From assembly GCA_051876105.1 (NCBI GenBank), contig JBJEHN010000072.1, positions 6,282-70,281 on the forward strand: 64,000 nt of DNA, written 5' to 3'. Below are positions 61,693-64,000 of the stretch, piece after piece. A program made the position numbers and the translations under genes. The notes under the pieces are model-generated. The model saw only the letters and a program-made list of their open reading frames with translations, made no database searches and was not told the DNA's origin. The stretch is from Coriobacteriales bacterium. Its GTDB lineage: Bacteria; Actinomycetota; Coriobacteriia; Coriobacteriales; QAMH01. How positions within the stretch are numbered: position 1 is the first letter of the stretch; each line of letters begins with the position of its first letter.

Positions 61693-62844
61693 TCAGCGCG
61701 GCGCTACGCAGAGCTTGCCGCGCTCGACGTAGACGGCCAGGCGGCCCTCCATGATGGCCTCGAGCTCGCGGCCCACCATCTCGTAGCGCCAGCCGTGCAG
61801 CACCTCGCACTCCTCCTTGTGGCCGTGCACCAGGCGGGCGAGGTCGTCACGCGATGCCAAGACGGGCACGGCGACGCCGTTCTCCTTGGAGCGCACCTCG
61901 ACCACGGAGGCCAGCAGGTCGACGGCACCGTCGACCTCCGGCGTGCCGCTGGGGCGCTTGGGCAGGCTGGGGTAGTCCTTGGGGTCGCGCTCGCGGCCCT
62001 TCTTCACGGCCTCGAGCACCTGGCGGGCCGTCTTGGTAGTGAGCTTGGTGTTCAGGCCACGCACCTCCATGAGCCGATCGATGCTCTTGGGGCTCTTTCG
62101 GGCGATCTCGACCACCGCCTCGTCCGGGATGACCCACTTGCGGGGGATGTTGCGCTCCATGGCCTCGCGCTCGCGCCAAGCCGCCAGCTCCTGGGCAACC
62201 GCCAGCTGCCCGCGGCTGAGCGATGCCACGCGCTTGACCTTGCGCCACATCTCCATGGGCTCGCTGTTGTAGCGCACCGGGTCCGCCAGCTTGGCGAAGT
62301 CGGCGTCGAGCCAGCTGCCGCGGCCCTGCTTTTCCAGGGCCTGGACCATGTGGCGGTACATCTGGGGCAGGTAGACAACGTCGTCCAGGGCGTACTTGAG
62401 CTGGTGGGTGGTGAGCGGGCGGCGCGACCAGTCCGTGTAGCTGTCCGCCTTGGCCAGGCGCACGTCGCACAGGGCCTGCACCAGCGGCCCGTAACCCACC
62501 TGCAGCGGGAAGCCCATCAGCGCAGCCGCCATCTGCGTGTCGAACAGCGGTGTGGGCATGGCGCCCAGCTCGTGGAAGAGGATGTCGATGTCCTGCGAGC
62601 CGGAGTGGAAGATCTTCACGCAGCCCTGGTCGGTCATGATCGGCGCCAGGGGCGAGAGGTCGTGCACAGCCAGCGGGTCGACGATGGCCTGGATGCTCTC
62701 GTTGTTGAGCTGGATGAGGCAGAGCTTGGGGTAGTAGGTCTTCTCGCGCAGGAACTCGGTGTCGACCGCAAGGAGCTCGGAGCCCTCGAGGTCTGCCGCG
62801 AGCTCGATGAGGCCCGCCTGGGTGTCGATGTACCTACTGTCCAT
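61693..62844 (-). CDS. rnd: Ribonuclease D (DEDD 3'-5' exonuclease + HRDC)
   Basis: LAVDTEF...KIFHSGSQDIDIL...YALDDVVYL plus an HRDC-like ...LAVAQELAAWREREAMERNIPRKWVIPD... Start ATG 62844. Confidence 0.85.
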   Translation of the reverse strand: MDSRYIDTQAGLIELAADLEGSELLAVDTEFLREKTYYPKLCLIQLNNESIQAIVDPLAVHDLSPLAPIMTDQGCVKIFHSGSQDIDILFHELGAMPTPLFDTQMAAALMGFPLQVGYGPLVQALCDVRLAKADSYTDWSRRPLTTHQLKYALDDVVYLPQMYRHMVQALEKQGRGSWLDADFAKLADPVRYNSEPMEMWRKVKRVASLSRGQLAVAQELAAWREREAMERNIPRKWVIPDEAVVEIARKSPKSIDRLMEVRGLNTKLTTKTARQVLEAVKKGRERDPKDYPSLPKRPSGTPEVDGAVDLLASVVEVRSKENGVAVPVLASRDDLARLVHGHKEECEVLHGWRYEMVGRELEAIMEGRLAVYVERGKLCVAPR

Positions 62845-62902
62845 CTGCAGTCTTCCCACTCTTTCTCGCAAGGAGGGCGGCACGGCGCGCGCCCGCACAT
62901 AC

Positions 62903-62928
62903 AAAAAGAGAGCCTCGGAGGGCTCTCT
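62903..62928 (-). terminator. Rho-independent terminator after tRNA-Val
   Basis: Minus strand reads AGAGAGCC-CTCCGA-GGCTCTCT followed by TTTTTGT, 12 nt after the tRNA 3' end. Confidence 0.7.
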
Positions 62929-62939
62929 GGAAAAGTCGA

Positions 62940-63015
62940 TGGTGGGCGTTACAAGATTTGAACTTGTGACCTCTTCCGTGTCAGGGAAGCGCTCGTCCCC
63001 CTGAGCTAAACGCCC
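62940..63015 (-). tRNA. tRNA-Val (anticodon GAC), CCA encoded
   Basis: Hand-folded cloverleaf: acceptor GGGCGTT/AACGCCC, anticodon arm CTTCC-CTGACAC-GGAAG, T-arm ACAAG-TTCAAAT-CTTGT; 76 nt. Confidence 0.95.
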
Positions 63016-63043
63016 ATCGGCCGCGTTTCATCGGCAAGGAGAT

Positions 63044-63071
63044 ACTATACAGCATCCTCAGAATTGCACAA
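63044..63071 (-). promoter_or_regulatory. Candidate promoter for tRNA-Val
   Basis: Minus strand reads TTGTGC-16 nt-TATAGT, about 28 nt upstream of the tRNA 5' end. Confidence 0.45.
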
Positions 63072-63143
63072 GCCCCTAATTTCAAAGAATCGCAATTCTT
63101 ATCGCGATACGCAGCAACAGCGGCAATTTTTTTGATTTTTTGC

Positions 63144-63172
63144 TTGCCTGACCCTGCTTCTTCCAGTATAGT
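63144..63172 (+). promoter_or_regulatory. Candidate promoter for the tRNA-Gly/Cys/Gly cluster
   Basis: TTGCCT-17 nt-TATAGT, with the -10 ending 14 nt before the first tRNA-Gly. Confidence 0.5.
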
Positions 63173-63186
63173 ATCGGCTTGCGCAC

Positions 63187-63262
63187 GCGGAAGTGGCTCA
63201 GTTGGTAGAGCACAACCTTGCCAAGGTTGGGGTCGCGGGTTCGAGCCCCGTCTTCCGCTCCA
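63187..63262 (+). tRNA. tRNA-Gly (anticodon GCC), CCA encoded
   Basis: Acceptor GCGGAAG/CTTCCGC, anticodon arm CAACC-TTGCCAA-GGTTG, T-loop TTCGAGC; 76 nt. A hairpin plus TTTT follows at about 63273-63300. Confidence 0.95.
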
Positions 63263-63321
63263 TTGATTGATCGGGAGCCGGCTTTCCAAGTCGGCTCTTT
63301 TCGACAAAGGGCGCATGGGTT

Positions 63322-63395
63322 GGCGACGTGGCCAAGCGGTAAGGCAGAGGCCTGCAAAGCCTTTATCACCGGTTCGATTCCGGTCGTCGCCTCCA
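63322..63395 (+). tRNA. tRNA-Cys (anticodon GCA), CCA encoded
   Basis: Acceptor GGCGACG/CGTCGCC, anticodon arm GAGGC-CTGCAAA-GCCTT, A13-A22 mismatch in the D-stem, T-loop TTCGATT; 74 nt. Confidence 0.93.
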
Positions 63396-63400
63396 CTTTT

Positions 63401-63476
63401 GCGGAAGTGGCTCAGTTGGTAGAGCACAACCTTGCCAAGGTTGGGGTCGCGGGTTCGAGCCCCGTCTTCCGCTCCA
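63401..63476 (+). tRNA. tRNA-Gly (anticodon GCC), identical second copy
   Basis: The 76-nt sequence is identical to 63187-63262. It is followed by the hairpin GGGTCGCC-TCAAC-GGCGGCCC plus TTTTT (about 63485-63512). Confidence 0.95.
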
Positions 63477-63546
63477 CAATCCCCGGGTCGCCTCAACGGC
63501 GGCCCTTTTTCCGAGGCTTCGGTAGTTTGTGTGGTAGGGGTCTAGC

Positions 63547-64000
63547 CTAGGCGGCAGCGCTCCTCGCCCCCTCCCTGCTCTTCTTGGCCTTCTTCTTCAC
63601 CTTCGCCGGGCGGCCCGGGAGCTGGGGCTGGCAGTCGCCGCACCTGAGCATGAGCAGCGCCACGAGGTTGTCGGTGTTGCGGAAGCCGTAGCCCATCCTC
63701 ACCGTCACCTTGATCTTGTTGTTGATGGCCTCGACCCTCCCGTTGCTGATGCCGAGCTCGACTGCGGCGACGATGTCGTCGCGGCGGCGGCGCACCTTCT
63801 TCTCCACGGCCACGACCTTGGCGATCTTGCAGTAGGCGGCCCTGTGCATCCAGTCGTCGAGCAGCTCGGCGGCCTCCGCGGCGTCTGCGGCCTGGAAGAC
63901 GGCGCGCAGGTCCTCCTTGAGCTCCCATGCCCTGATCAGCCTCGAGCCGGCCCTCTTCTTGAGCGCCTCGAGCCTGGCCCTCTGGTTGTCGGTGAGGTCC
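63547..64000 (-). mobile_element. ISL3-family transposase gene, C-terminal part only (5' part beyond window end)
   Basis: Own translation: ...DLTDNQRARLEALKKR...WELKEDLRAVFQA...LLDDWMHRAAYCKIAKV...ISNGRVEAINNKIKVTVRMGYGFRNTDNLVALLMLRCG. This shows the characteristic SNG-VEG/AiNNKIK...YGFRN block of ISL3 transposases. IS ends not determined. Confidence 0.8.

Overview
High-GC (roughly two-thirds G+C by eye) bacterial chromosomal window. It is densely packed and almost entirely transcribed on the minus strand. Gene content and order suggest an anaerobic Actinomycetota/Coriobacteriia-like genome: argC-J-B-D-F(like)-R-G, rpoB-rpoC, infC-rpmI-rplT, nrdD-nrdG, and two acetate-kinase paralogs. That taxonomic placement is inference only. 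I call about 55 protein genes, 4 tRNAs (Val, Gly, Cys, Gly) and one truncated ISL3-type transposase at the right edge. I found no CRISPR array, prophage or recognisable defence island. Most very long plus-strand ORFs in the track are antisense shadows typical of high-GC DNA. Many minus-strand track ORFs also carry spurious N-terminal extensions, so I re-set starts using RBS and homology logic. Points most worth follow-up: (1) Two tandem TrkH-family transporters are each linked to the same signal-anchor/beta-rich/TM module, once as an ATGA-overlapping gene and once as an in-frame fusion. No trkA/ktrA is in view. (2) A 78-nt conserved element sits at the stop codons of valS and metG, flanked by gene-specific inverted repeats and showing one apparently compensatory helix. 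(3) A nearly identical palindromic terminator is reused at four loci. (4) A soluble histidine kinase has an N-terminal five-Cys cluster, in a coaX-HK-aminopeptidase operon divergent from its OmpR-type regulator. It lies close to a Cys/His-rich 10-TM permease. (5) Two enzyme homologs, an OTCase at the argF position and a plant-type glutamate-cysteine ligase, have replaced catalytic motifs. (6) RpoC carries a C-terminal domain resembling the alpha-subunit CTD. (7) A roughly 206-bp near-perfect hairpin lies upstream of rpoB. All family assignments are by eye from motifs, and no database search could be run.
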